Made by a program: the position numbers and the translations under genes. DNA of 64,000 nucleotides from an uncultured Nitrososphaerales archaeon. Lineage in GTDB: Archaea > Thermoproteota > Nitrososphaeria > Nitrososphaerales > Nitrososphaeraceae. The notes beneath the pieces were generated by a model that searched no databases, was not told where the DNA came from, and worked only from the letters and a program-made list of their open reading frames with translations. Shown here in pieces: positions 21,489 to 32,118 of this stretch; within the stretch, counting starts at the first letter, position 1, and each line of letters starts with the position of its first letter. The stretch spans positions 160,001 to 224,000 of the forward strand of contig CAVQMO010000001.1 of assembly GCA_963713605.1 (NCBI GenBank), read 5' to 3'.

Positions 21489-22163
21489 TCAGTAAATACG
21501 TTCTATTATATTTTGCTTCAGCCGAGAGAATTCTTGTTCATTTATTACGCCTTCGTTTTTCAATCTAGCTATCTTGAAGAGCTCATCGGCTGGTGAATCC
21601 AATGTAGAGAATGAGGCAACAATATGTTCAGTTGCATCGGAGACCGATTGATGATCTTCCGACAAAGACTCCCATTTACATATCATAGATCTGACTATTT
21701 TGACTAGGAGAAGTGCTTTACTCTTTGGAATATTCTCAATTATCCATTCAAATTTGTTTCCAGTAATTTCGAATTGATCCAGTGCAGGTAGTTCATTGTC
21801 ACCTTGAGATCGATTCACTCTCAACCTTATACAGGCTGAAATTAATCCTTCCTTGTGGTTGATGTCGGTAATTATTGTGTACGGCAATCCAACGGTGTTT
21901 TCCTTCAATCCATGCAATGAAATATCTCGGATAATTATTCTCCTGTCAGTAGCATATATAACGTAAGAAGAGAGCGGTAGACCAACTAATCTTACTTTGC
22001 TCTGGGTTATAACTAATAGGACTTTTTCATTTATGTCTAGCATACTACTTATGTCTGTGATTCTGTATAATTCATCTTCGTCCTTGATCGGCATGGGCGT
22101 ATCTTTAGGGTCAGCGTCGATATTGATTACTCTCTTTGTTCTAGAACCGAAGAGCACGCGCAT
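21489..22163 (-). CDS. Bacterial-type PH domain protein with C-terminal SHOCT
   Basis: EKVLLVITQS, IYATDRRIIIRD, ADELFKIARLKNEGVINEQEFSRLK. Confidence 0.8.
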   Translation of the reverse strand: MRVLFGSRTKRVINIDADPKDTPMPIKDEDELYRITDISSMLDINEKVLLVITQSKVRLVGLPLSSYVIYATDRRIIIRDISLHGLKENTVGLPYTIITDINHKEGLISACIRLRVNRSQGDNELPALDQFEITGNKFEWIIENIPKSKALLLVKIVRSMICKWESLSEDHQSVSDATEHIVASFSTLDSPADELFKIARLKNEGVINEQEFSRLKQNIIERIY

Positions 22164-22508
22164 TATCCTGCCAGTCTATTATTTAAGTGGCCGACCACGA
22201 TGAAGTGTACAATTTGGATAATAATAACTGTCTACATGACATTCAATTACATTATTTATTAATGTGAGGCATAGTACGAAATACAGAGTATTTTGAAGGG
22301 ATAAATGGGGGCTATACCATCGAATGAAAGAAAGTCAGTCGATCAGGTTGTTATAGATCTTGGTGTTTCATCAGATTCACGAAGACTAGCAGACGAATAT
22401 GTAACAACTCGTAAATCTTACAGACTTACCACCGGAGCAAACGAACTAGTAATTACTGTGTGTTATGAGTTCTTGAGGTTTTGAATTAAAGAATGGGCTA
22501 TTGCTGGC

Positions 22509-22576
22509 GTTAACGGCTATTGTTAACTGTTAACAGGTGGTGCTAGCAGAATTTCTATCGAGTTGTTAACGTTAAC
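22509..22576. repeat. Cluster of five GTTAAC palindromes
   Basis: GTTAAC at 22509, 22522, 22529, 22565 and 22571. Confidence 0.8.
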
Positions 22577-22681
22577 AGATTTATGAGTCGTTCAATTAGA
22601 TTTCACGCTCAAGCACGTTAATGTTCAAAATGACCGTTCAGTAACGATTCTATCCCCAACCGATTTACCTTATGTACCTAT

Positions 22682-23380
22682 TTGCAAAAGTGTTCAAGAC
22701 GTTCAACAAGGTGTTCAATATTATATAGCACTATCACTCACCGACTTCCTGATAAGCTATCGGGTTTAGTTAATGAATTTGCACAGTATGGAGGACTGAA
22801 GTCTGCACGAGATATTGCAATGAGAAGATTGACATTAAATCATGCTCCAGACATTCCGTACATAGAGATTATTGAGCCCGATGAAGTTGTAACATGGGTA
22901 GATATGGATGGATCTGAAGAAGGGGTTCTAGCCTCCTCATGGCTGAATGATCATGAGGCAAGGGCTTGCACAAAAATTTGTAACCATTTGAGAACTTTAA
23001 CTAATAAATCAATAGTCGTAATTACTAGGTTTACAGGACAGAAAATGCAAATTAGAAATTATCTATCTGATATCAGGGTAACAACTACTACGGGAGCCTT
23101 GGGTACCCAATCAGATATAGTGATATTCTCGCTTGTCAGAAATAATCCTGAAAGAATAGTAGGGGAAGCAGGGACGCTTCAGGATCTCAATGTGGCCATT
23201 TCTCGATCCAAAGAAAAATTAATTATTTTGGGAAATTTTGAGATGATGCTTAATGGATAGTCAGGACATAATCAATATTATAATTATTGGCGCAAGAGTA
23301 GTTCGAGGCCTCTTGCGCGACTAATTGATTCAAAGTATGGGAGAGTAATTAACACTCCACCTGTTATAAGAAGTACTTAA
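22682..23380 (+). pseudogene. SF1 (Upf1/DNA2-like) helicase C-terminal domain fragment
   Basis: HRLP, NDHEA, VITRFTGQ, DIVIFSLVRNN, LNVAISRSKEKLIILGN; N-terminal ATPase domain absent; TAG at 23258 with the frame continuing to 23380. Confidence 0.7.
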
Positions 23381-23543
23381 TTTCATGTCTGAAGTTGTCA
23401 TAAAATGATGTAATGTTCATAATTTTTTATTTCAATTGAAAATTGATTCGCGTTTAGATAGGTCGATACCATTCTAAAAATGAAGCCTCACAAATTGATT
23501 CCTACATTGGACTGGCTCAATTAGTATTCATTCCAGGAAATCA

Positions 23544-23825
23544 TTGGGATCTTTGCCTTTTGGTCTAGTGGTGAAGTTAACAGAACCTCGCGAAGAGGGT
23601 GAACATGTCGTCATCCTAAATGGTACAGTAGTCATTAGTACAGAAGGAGCAGACGATTTAGATATGAATGAATTTCCACCTGTAGGAATAACTGTCGTTA
23701 CAACTAATGATACTATAACAGTAACGTATCACACAGTAACTATAGGTGGTGGCATAGGTAATCCTGGAAGTAACAATTGTGATGATGGAGGAGAAGATGA
23801 AGGTGATGAGGATGATGAGGAATAA
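23544..23825 (+). CDS. Hypothetical protein with acidic tail, possibly a fragment
   Basis: 93-aa ORF, beta-rich with D/E tail. Confidence 0.4.
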   Translation: MGSLPFGLVVKLTEPREEGEHVVILNGTVVISTEGADDLDMNEFPPVGITVVTTNDTITVTYHTVTIGGGIGNPGSNNCDDGGEDEGDEDDEE

Positions 23826-23929
23826 CTAGTATCTCTCACCATCTCGAAAGTAATAGGTAGCGACTACCTACGAGAACAAAAATTTGACAACCTTTAAAAC
23901 ATACCAAACATATAATATTAAATTAACAA

Positions 23930-24684
23930 ATGAGCAGTCCAACAACAGACTCCAATCCAGGCTTTATGGCTGAGTCAGAAGTGAAAGCTTTCATTAGCGG
24001 CATCGGCGATTCCAGAGTCAAGTTGTGGCTCGACGGGAAGCAAGATCTTGAGATAACTGGAGGAGAACCTTATTCTTATGATCGTTATGAAGACATAGCG
24101 AGTACGGGATACAATTCCGAAACCGTAATAGATGAATGATACAAATGGTACCTAAGAAGGGAGAATAATGGTACAAGCGAGTCTGAGAATTATACCTCTT
24201 TCGAAGATCCAACATCGCCATTTATTTACTTTGTTGAACCCATCCCCTTCCAGAGACCTCATTTTGAGAGAATCATTATTCGAGAAGAAGGGGCTTCACT
24301 TTTGATCCCTATTTACGCAATGTCTGTATCTACCCAGGAATACCCTTCGCTGAATTCTAATACAAGTTTACTTAATTTGATTAAGAAGGATTTATTCGGC
24401 ATTGAGTGGAATACTGTTAAGGCTACTTTTGATCGTACAGAATGTACGGCAGATGCGTGATCAGAAGCGATCCACTTCCCGTCGACGGGATCCCACCGAC
24501 CAATAGGATCGGAATACCTAAAGAGAGACTTAAAAATGGGGTCAGTGTAGATCTACTTCATGGGGGCTTTTGGCTTTTGATACGAGCAGACCGTATTGAC
24601 TCTGGTGACCACTTTCTATATGTTCGGGCCGACTCAAAGACGTATCAGAGTGAAGCTAAAATTCTAATTAACGCAATCAACTAA
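23930..24684 (+). pseudogene. Divergent signal-peptide-less member of the 'WWxW...DGYW' family
   Basis: Reads DE*YKWYLR through TGA 24137, then IYFVEP...LLIPIY...EYPSL...KKDL; frameshift ~24440; then HGGFWLLI...GDHFLYV. Confidence 0.6.
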
Positions 24685-24729
24685 TCTCAGAGAAAAACAT
24701 CCTTCACATAGTATTAAATTCCTAAGCAG

Positions 24730-25254
24730 TCAAACGAGTACGCATGGATGGCCAGTGGCTGACATAACTACTCTACCTTCCTGGTTAAGATGAAACACGT
24801 AATCCACAGATTCAAATTTTCCGGGTTCAGTCTCCCTAAACCCCAACGATAAATTGATGATTCTTCCCTGTATTTCCGTCTCCGTACATTCCTTAAACCT
24901 GAATCTTTTTTCTTCAGGAAAGATCCAACCAGCAACCGCCCGTTTGTGATCAGCTCCAGCATAGCATTCTAATGTTCCCATTACGAACTGATTTGACCTT
25001 GTCAAGACTTGCAGATCTCTAAGCTCACCTGCCAGTTTCAATAATCCTTCGTCATTACCAAAATTTGATCCTCCATCGAAACTAATGGACAGTCGTACGA
25101 ATCCGTCCTTAATGTATATAACCATAATTATATCGTTATTGACAGCATAAAAGCTTAACCGTTCTAAACCGCTACGGTCAAATTGGAATCCTCGACCTTC
25201 ACTCTGCACTGTGCTGCTCATACCTAATGAAGTTCCTCTGTAATTTATAAACAT
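24730..25254 (-). CDS. Hypothetical beta-rich protein with one Asp-box
   Basis: ISFDGGSNF (S-x-D-G-G-x-x-F); co-oriented downstream of the membrane gene. Confidence 0.65.
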   Translation of the reverse strand: MFINYRGTSLGMSSTVQSEGRGFQFDRSGLERLSFYAVNNDIIMVIYIKDGFVRLSISFDGGSNFGNDEGLLKLAGELRDLQVLTRSNQFVMGTLECYAGADHKRAVAGWIFPEEKRFRFKECTETEIQGRIINLSLGFRETEPGKFESVDYVFHLNQEGRVVMSATGHPCVLV

Positions 25255-25331
25255 TATTCACGCAAATTGATTTCATCAATTAGTTAGAAGCGAGGAGTCT
25301 CATTGCGACGCTACATAGGAACAGGCTGGCA

Positions 25332-26675
25332 TTATGAGTCGTCAACCTGCTTAACTTCCCTAATCACAAGATCAAGATATTTCTTTAGTTCTTCTCCGTC
25401 TAATTCCAAGTTTGTTCTAATGTCTGCCTCTATGACGTCCTTATCTTGCAAAATCTTACCTACTGTACGTTGAAGTTCTATATCCATCTCAGCCTGCCCT
25501 ATAAGACCTAAGAGCCTGGAATTCACGGCGTGTCTGTATATGGATTTACGTAAATCCGTATTCACTGCTACAAGTCTTGCGGAGTTGTAGATCCCAAATA
25601 ACATGAGGTATGTACCCAATATCAAGGCAGTACTGGTTGCCAGTCCAAATGGAGGAAATGGACCTAAACTTTGTGACACTGCTTGATTACAAGCGAACGT
25701 CAATAAGATTCCCCACCCAGAGATAATCATGCATGTCTGTATTTTTCGCTCATATCCTACTGTTTTTGATATCCTCCAAAATACTACGCCAAATGTTAAG
25801 CCTCCTATCGGTTTACTTAAAGAGAGAAAGGCTGTTAAAATGATAGAGACCGTGACTGGGTTCGTAGTTGGATATCCTGCGAGTAAATTCATAATGATAA
25901 ATTGGTAAGAGTAATCCACAAGAAAATAAACCAACGGCAGCGATAAAAGAGACCAGTAGGCAATAGAGCCTATTAGATTTTTGGCATAATTCTTCATTAG
26001 TGTCCCCGTAGCGATCCACAGACACAGGAATGCCGCGCCCGAAAATATAGAGTAAAGAATGCTTAGAGTCGAATAACGACCATAAGAGATGTCTATGCTG
26101 CCACCAATGTATATACGTATTTCACTTGGTCTATCGCTCAGATTAAGGGATGTGTACACTGCTGTCACAAGAAGGTTGACCGAGATCAGCGCCATTGAGA
26201 GAAAATAAAGAAAACTTACCAAATCACGATTAGATCTATACCACGAAAAGAACAGTCCCGCCAGAAACAATAGGAACACTGATGATGTTCCATAACTCAA
26301 GAGTATAATGGAAATAGAGATCGAGTTAGAATAATAACCAAGGTAATTTATTTGAATAATCAATATTCCGAAAGTAATTGCGAGAGCGGACAGTGAAATT
26401 AAGGTCATGATATTGAAGAAACTTACATTTAAGCCGCTACGACCTAGTTTATACTTTGTAAACAAATTTCGTAGATGGTAAATGATTAAGAACTGAAGTA
26501 GTAGACAGGTGCTGCTGATAATTGCGAATGCTATAACTCTAATCTGTTTAGAAATGAATTGCTTGTAAATAAGGTCATAGATCTTAACCAAAGATGTATC
26601 TATTAGTAAGACTGCAAAGAGGCAAATCATCAAGAACAAGAGCTTCTTATTTCTGCCATAACTCCGAAGTAACAA
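25332..26675 (-). CDS. Multi-pass (~10 TM) membrane protein of unknown function with charged C-terminal tail
   Basis: About 10 hydrophobic segments; LSKPIGG, PFPPFGL, IGQAEM, EELKKYLD shared with 37262-38622. Confidence 0.85.
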   Translation of the reverse strand: MLLRSYGRNKKLLFLMICLFAVLLIDTSLVKIYDLIYKQFISKQIRVIAFAIISSTCLLLQFLIIYHLRNLFTKYKLGRSGLNVSFFNIMTLISLSALAITFGILIIQINYLGYYSNSISISIILLSYGTSSVFLLFLAGLFFSWYRSNRDLVSFLYFLSMALISVNLLVTAVYTSLNLSDRPSEIRIYIGGSIDISYGRYSTLSILYSIFSGAAFLCLWIATGTLMKNYAKNLIGSIAYWSLLSLPLVYFLVDYSYQFIIMNLLAGYPTTNPVTVSIILTAFLSLSKPIGGLTFGVVFWRISKTVGYERKIQTCMIISGWGILLTFACNQAVSQSLGPFPPFGLATSTALILGTYLMLFGIYNSARLVAVNTDLRKSIYRHAVNSRLLGLIGQAEMDIELQRTVGKILQDKDVIEADIRTNLELDGEELKKYLDLVIREVKQVDDS

Positions 26676-26742
26676 TCAGCAATATTATTGGCATCAAGTT
26701 AAACATAATCTTTTTGTATTAGTAATATCTTCTAAAATCGAA

Positions 26743-27453
26743 TTGATATTAAGCATTATTGTAATTTTCTTATCACTACTAGCCTATACATTGGCGGTTT
26801 GGTTCGGAACTACATTTGCAAGTCCTGCTATCGAAATCCTTCCACCCCCACCTACAGAAAAACCTTATGGCATGTCTTACGAGCAACATGTTGAGAACTT
26901 TTATAATTGGCTTATATCACAACCGGCCGATTCCAATCCTTCTAATGATGTGACAGGAAAAGACTGCGCTAATGGACAGGAAAACTTTAATTCATCGGTG
27001 TTTTACCTGGTGGGTGCGGGCGGGGGTGAATTTACAAAAACGTGTGAAATCCCCGCTGGAAAAGCTGTCTTTATACCAGTGATGAGCGTAGAGGTTTCAG
27101 ACAAGGAGGTACCCTATGCATCGGTGGATGACTTACATAGATTGGCAAAGAAGGATCAGGATAGTGTAAATAGTATGGCTCTCAAGATAGGTAATAAAGA
27201 ATATTCTTTCGACGACCTTAAGAAGTATAGGGTTCATACCGGAGATTTTGAGGTTGTCTTTCCCGAGAATGCTATTTTTGGAGCTTCTCCTGGCCCATCC
27301 AAGGCGGTAGGAGACGGTTATCACGTGATAACAAACAAACTCCAAAAAGGAAATTATACGATTGACTACAGTGGAAGTCTTATCTGTCCAGGAAGCGACT
27401 GTCTGGCGCCTAATTTTGCGGAAGATGTAACGTTCAATCTTATAGTAAAATAA
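26743..27453 (+). CDS. Secreted protein of the 'WWxW...DGYW' family
   Basis: Signal peptide; PYGMSY...FYNWLIS.PADSNP, VFYLVG, CEIPAGKAVFIP, YRVHT, AVGDGY. Confidence 0.85.
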   Translation: MILSIIVIFLSLLAYTLAVWFGTTFASPAIEILPPPPTEKPYGMSYEQHVENFYNWLISQPADSNPSNDVTGKDCANGQENFNSSVFYLVGAGGGEFTKTCEIPAGKAVFIPVMSVEVSDKEVPYASVDDLHRLAKKDQDSVNSMALKIGNKEYSFDDLKKYRVHTGDFEVVFPENAIFGASPGPSKAVGDGYHVITNKLQKGNYTIDYSGSLICPGSDCLAPNFAEDVTFNLIVK

Positions 27454-27760
27454 GGCAGAATGGACCTGTGAATACGGTAAGGATGCCAAAAATAGGAGTC
27501 ACCCGAAACTGAGTATGTGCGGATAGGAATTTCCTAAGGGCATAGATTGTCTGTGATGGAAAGATCAATTGAAATCTGGTTCCATTGGTTCTACATATGC
27601 AAGTATTATAACTAATAAATAGCTATTTTAGGGGTTCCAAGAAGTTCAGTTTACGAATGATCCATGACCCGATAGTTAACACCCAAAAGCAGAACCCGTC
27701 AAGTTAACAAAGCCTAAGGCCATAAGGCTTAAATATGTCTCTAGCGATATTACTAGTGAT

Positions 27761-28265
27761 ATGTTATCGAATTGGATCTCAAGGGTGGGCAGCTTCGATC
27801 CCGCGTGGTTTCTCGAGACATTATGTATTAAATTTGCTTAAGGATGCTCCTATGACAGGGAAAGAAATTATTGACAGGGCAGTCCTCCAGAGCGACGGAA
27901 AATGGAGGCCTTCTCCTGGTCTAATCTATCCAATGCTAGGTAGGCTTCTAGAAGAAGGACTAATTGAAGAGGCAGAAAACGGTAGGTACAGAATAACTAT
28001 GAAGGGACTAGAAATGGCTTCGGACGTAGAATCGATAAATAACATAATACAAAAGCAGTTAGATGTTATGCTAAGATTCGGAAATGTAGGCAAATTCATG
28101 GCATTGGACCTCATTGATAGAGCTTCTGCCATAGGCACTGCTCTTAGCTCAAACTTAGATAAGATGACGGAACAGGAGAAGGGAAAATATCGAGAATTTC
28201 TCGTTTCCGAGCTCAAGAAACTGGATGACCAAGAACTCAAAGAGAGGAACCTCGAAATAGACTAA
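27761..28265 (+). CDS. PadR-family transcription regulator (probable +1 indel near 27794)
   Basis: WRPSPGLIYPMLGRLLEEGLI; MLSNWISRVGS from ATG 27761 joins SIPRGFSR after removing one T. Confidence 0.85.
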
Positions 28266-28529
28266 AATCAAATCTAGTTTACTTTTTTTGTTATCCCCAT
28301 TCACTGCACAATGCTGGGCTGTTAACCCATCATTCGTTGGTGGGTCAATGGCTAAAATATTCACCCGTTAAGAGCGGAAAACATTAAGAATCACTAATGT
28401 AGCACGCAGTGACAATGAATAGGAGAATTTAGTGACCTACGAATTAAAGATTCGTTACCTTTCAATAGTTCTCTCTAGGTATTATTGCCGTCAATATATC
28501 AAGCACTGGTTTGTTCCTGGTCTAGATTG

Positions 28530-29057
28530 TTAGAGGCTTCTCTTTTCATTCTGTTGCGTTGCTTCAAATACATATGATAGAATCTTTTGCAAGTTTACCT
28601 CATATGGTAAGGTAGTATCTACACTTAGATGCCGTCCCTGAACAGGTTCATATATGCTCTTCATTTTGCAATAAACTGAATAACCTGCATCAGAGAAGTC
28701 ATTTTTCCGATTTCTCAATCGCTCTAGCACCATGTCCTCCGGACAGGTGCATTCAATCACATACAGCTGCACATTATTTGAGCGAAGCTTGTTTTCGACT
28801 TCCGTTCTAGATCGTTCTCTGTTAAATGTTGCATCAAGAATACAGTTATTTCCAGCGGCGGTCAAATACTTAGTCAATAACATCAACACGTCGTATATTA
28901 AACGACCTTCAGCCCTTGTATAGGCGGGGTATTTTATTAGCTCTTTCCGTATCTTGTCGGAAGATAATATGCTAGCCCCTGTTCTGGAGGCTACTGACCT
29001 AGCGAGAGTCGTCTTACCTACTCCGGGCAAGCCACAAAGGAGAATAATTACAGGCAT
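28530..29057 (-). CDS. P-loop kinase (AAA_33-like)
   Basis: GLPGVGKT, SSDKIRKEL, ILDATF. Confidence 0.85.
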   Translation of the reverse strand: MPVIILLCGLPGVGKTTLARSVASRTGASILSSDKIRKELIKYPAYTRAEGRLIYDVLMLLTKYLTAAGNNCILDATFNRERSRTEVENKLRSNNVQLYVIECTCPEDMVLERLRNRKNDFSDAGYSVYCKMKSIYEPVQGRHLSVDTTLPYEVNLQKILSYVFEATQQNEKRSL

Positions 29058-29152
29058 CACAAACGCAATGGCATCAGCATACAGTCTTGAAAATTCGATC
29101 CAGCCCCAGTTGTGACCGGCTAACAACAATAAATCGGTCTTGCGAAGACACC

Positions 29153-29731
29153 CTACTTATTCTTATCATCAGGAAATATGTAATTGATAACCATGTCGAC
29201 GGCTTTATTCTTTAGTCTGTCTTTGTAGTATCCGATACCTTTTGTTGGTGTGTTCAGTGCTTTTTCTCTTGCGACACTATCTACTGGCCTGTGATCAGGA
29301 GCACCTTCAAATCTTATCTGATAATTTTTCATTTTTGAGAAAATGGCTGAATCATAAATATCCTTATGCCAAACCGATCCAACGAGGTACAGATACGGAG
29401 GGTTAGCCCGTTTTTTTATGAATTTAAGCACATAATCAAATGTTTGCTCGATGGTCTTAGGAGAATCAGTAAATAAGATTAGATCTTCTTTAATTCCACC
29501 TTCAATTAGCATCTTTTTTATGGCCAGTCCCGTGTTGGTGTCCACAATGACTAGTACTAGCGTATTGTTACGATCAGGCTTAGAAGTTGTTACAATACGA
29601 TACAAATCGACACATACTCTTACTCGCTCCTCAACATAGTTTGGAACAGTTTCAGTTTCGGTTGCCTCGCTCTCAGTATGTACACCAAAGAGAATAATGA
29701 GATTTCCATCTGTGAAGTGAGGCTGTGACAT
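29153..29731 (-). CDS. Hypothetical protein
   Basis: 192-aa ATG ORF upstream of the kinase. Confidence 0.7.
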   Translation of the reverse strand: MSQPHFTDGNLIILFGVHTESEATETETVPNYVEERVRVCVDLYRIVTTSKPDRNNTLVLVIVDTNTGLAIKKMLIEGGIKEDLILFTDSPKTIEQTFDYVLKFIKKRANPPYLYLVGSVWHKDIYDSAIFSKMKNYQIRFEGAPDHRPVDSVAREKALNTPTKGIGYYKDRLKNKAVDMVINYIFPDDKNK

Positions 29732-30593
29732 TCAATAGAACATCTACTAGTCGTCATTTATAGGTTGCCTCTTCTCCTTTGTATGCATGACAGAGTTACC
29801 AACCCCAGGATCTATATCATCATAGAAAACACTAGACTATCATGAACAAAAAAATATTGTTTGCTGACAAATAATTTATGATTCTCTGAATGAATGGTCA
29901 TTCTGATAACTAGCATTGGAAATTGAAGTAGTTTCGAGCATAGCGTATCGGATCTTTCGGGAAAAGGATAACAAAGTCAATTCGAAATCTAGCTAAATAT
30001 ACTTACCTCCTCCTTGGGATACTGCATAAACTATCTTAGAGGTACCGATTCTTAGTAAATCTACCTGTCTTTGACGAATAGTCTGAAATATAATTTTTGG
30101 GCACCATCCGCCCGTTAAATCCAGTTATCTAGAAAAAATTATCCGTTGTACCATTAAAAAGCAGATACAAAACATATTGTACTAGTTACTACTACTACCA
30201 CACCTCCGTTCTTGTTTGAGGAATTTAACCAACCAAAAGTAAGTATAGTTCTTAATTTCACGCTGATAAACCTAAGAATTGCAAATTAGTTTGTTCTCGA
30301 CAAAAGATACTGGTTTACTATCTGTTATTTATCTAATAAATACACAAGGGGTATGCAAATATTAGATCCGCGGAATTTCCTCGTTTTTAGTAATATGAAT
30401 AGATTCGATTCTTGGATCCGTATTGGCGTATCCCGATCATTAATCTGAATCAATAAAATAACAAATCTTAGGTTATAATCTTTAATTACCCATGTTTTTA
30501 CTAGTTGATACTAGGATTCGTACCTATTTTATTTTTAGATGATGCTGTAGTCCTCCATAAATATATTGCATGAATATAGTTTAGGGAATTGCA

Positions 30594-30864
30594 GTGAAGA
30601 ATAGGGCTAGAAATGACATTATTGCGATGATCCTGAGAAGCTGCTCAAGGCAGAGGGACAAGTAAAACGAAGATCATGTTTAAGGCTTATCTATCAACCA
30701 ATCAATTAAGGGAATATCTTGCAGAATTATTGGATAATGGGCTTGTTAAATATGATGAAGATAGAAAAACATATCAGATAACTCACAAAGGAGAAAGGTA
30801 TCTGGAACTTTATAGTGGTATGGAAAGAATGATACCAATGGACAACATGAAAGTTGAAGAATAA
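30594..30864 (+). CDS. Winged-helix regulator with a +1 frameshift near 30636
   Basis: VKNRARNDIIAMIL / EAAQGRGTSKTKIMFKAYLSTNQLREYL...YQITHKG; paralog of 19943-20239. Confidence 0.75.
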
Positions 30865-31381
30865 AACAGATCGGTGTGACATTTTACTGCTGAGGTACGA
30901 CAAAAGAAGTCAAGAAACAATATATATGTAGTAACGATCATTGCAATAATATCACGACGGTTATGAAAATTGTTACGGAATTAATTTTATGAATGAAATT
31001 TACTCTTTTAACCTTTTCTACAAATTATCTCTCGAAGTAGAGAATAGAGATATCTAGACTGTTACTCATTGTAACGGTCTTGGAGGGTGTAAGAAGAAAT
31101 CTTGGTATACGCATTTTTTTAGAAACATGAAATTTTCTTCAAAAGTATTTGTAGGGTCATTATTAAGAGGAAGTTGAAGCAATACAATTAATGTATTGTT
31201 ATTACTAATTTTCGTAGATAAAATAGGTTAGTATTATTACCGGAGTAGGATATCTTTTATTGATGGTAATAGTCAGCAATTTTTTCAATGGAAAGTTTTA
31301 TCTCCAACCTGACATGTTTTTCCTTTAAAATGATACGTTTTTATTAGATGTTCGCTGGGGTAATATTGGTAGGTCTTAGAA

Positions 31382-31687
31382 ATAGGCAAAAGGAAAGTAC
31401 TGAGCGAGTCTCATTTGAAGGAATTAGTCCTCCCACAGGATGGACAATTGCTGGGCAGGGTTATTAAGCTTGTAGGGGGAGACAATGTGGTTGTCAAGTG
31501 CACAGATGGAGAAGTAAGGGTATGTCGTATTAGTGGAAAAATAAAGAGAAGAATGTGGATTAGAGATAATGATGTTGTGTTGGTAGCTCCATGGGATTTT
31601 CAATCGTCCAAAGCAGATGTTGTATGGAGGTATATTAGAGCACACGCGGAGAAATTACAGCAGGATGGTTATCTTAATAATGTTTGA
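31382..31687 (+). CDS. eif1a: Translation initiation factor 1A (aIF-1A)
   Basis: GRVIKLVGG, RISGKIKRRMWIRDNDVVLVAPWDFQ; N-terminus GKRKVLSE follows ATA at 31382. Confidence 0.92.
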   Translation: MGKRKVLSESHLKELVLPQDGQLLGRVIKLVGGDNVVVKCTDGEVRVCRISGKIKRRMWIRDNDVVLVAPWDFQSSKADVVWRYIRAHAEKLQQDGYLNNV

Positions 31688-32118
31688 GATTATGGCAGAA
31701 TAATCTGTGTAAATAACGCATAAGTCACTAGGGTTTAATTTTGACAGAATTTCTCGGCAAAATGTGCATGCCTCTTTATATCCAAACCTTTCAAATCTCT
31801 GGTGGCAATCTGCATTCAAGAATTTTTGGGGTTTGATTCTGAACAGGATTTTTAGAATTTTTGGGTTCGTTTAATTAATACGTTTACCTAATGTGATTAA
31901 CTTAAGTACTATTAGTTCGGTTTTGAATCTGCAACCCAATGACTTAATGTTGATTATTATGATTACCTGTAAAAGGATGACTCTTTCGAACTAGGTGGGC
32001 AATTGTGTTCTACTTTTGATTGCTTCAAGAGTATCATATATAATCATATTTTTACAATCCCTGGGTCAGCATCAATTATATTCTTGTACGTACCTTGATT
32101 CCTTAATCTCATAATATT

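Noticed and set aside
24137..24139. Stop-codon reassignment (TGA as Trp or Sec)
   Set aside because: TGA ends normal genes here (e.g. rps9, ahbAB, pfdB), and the same gene also has a frameshift.
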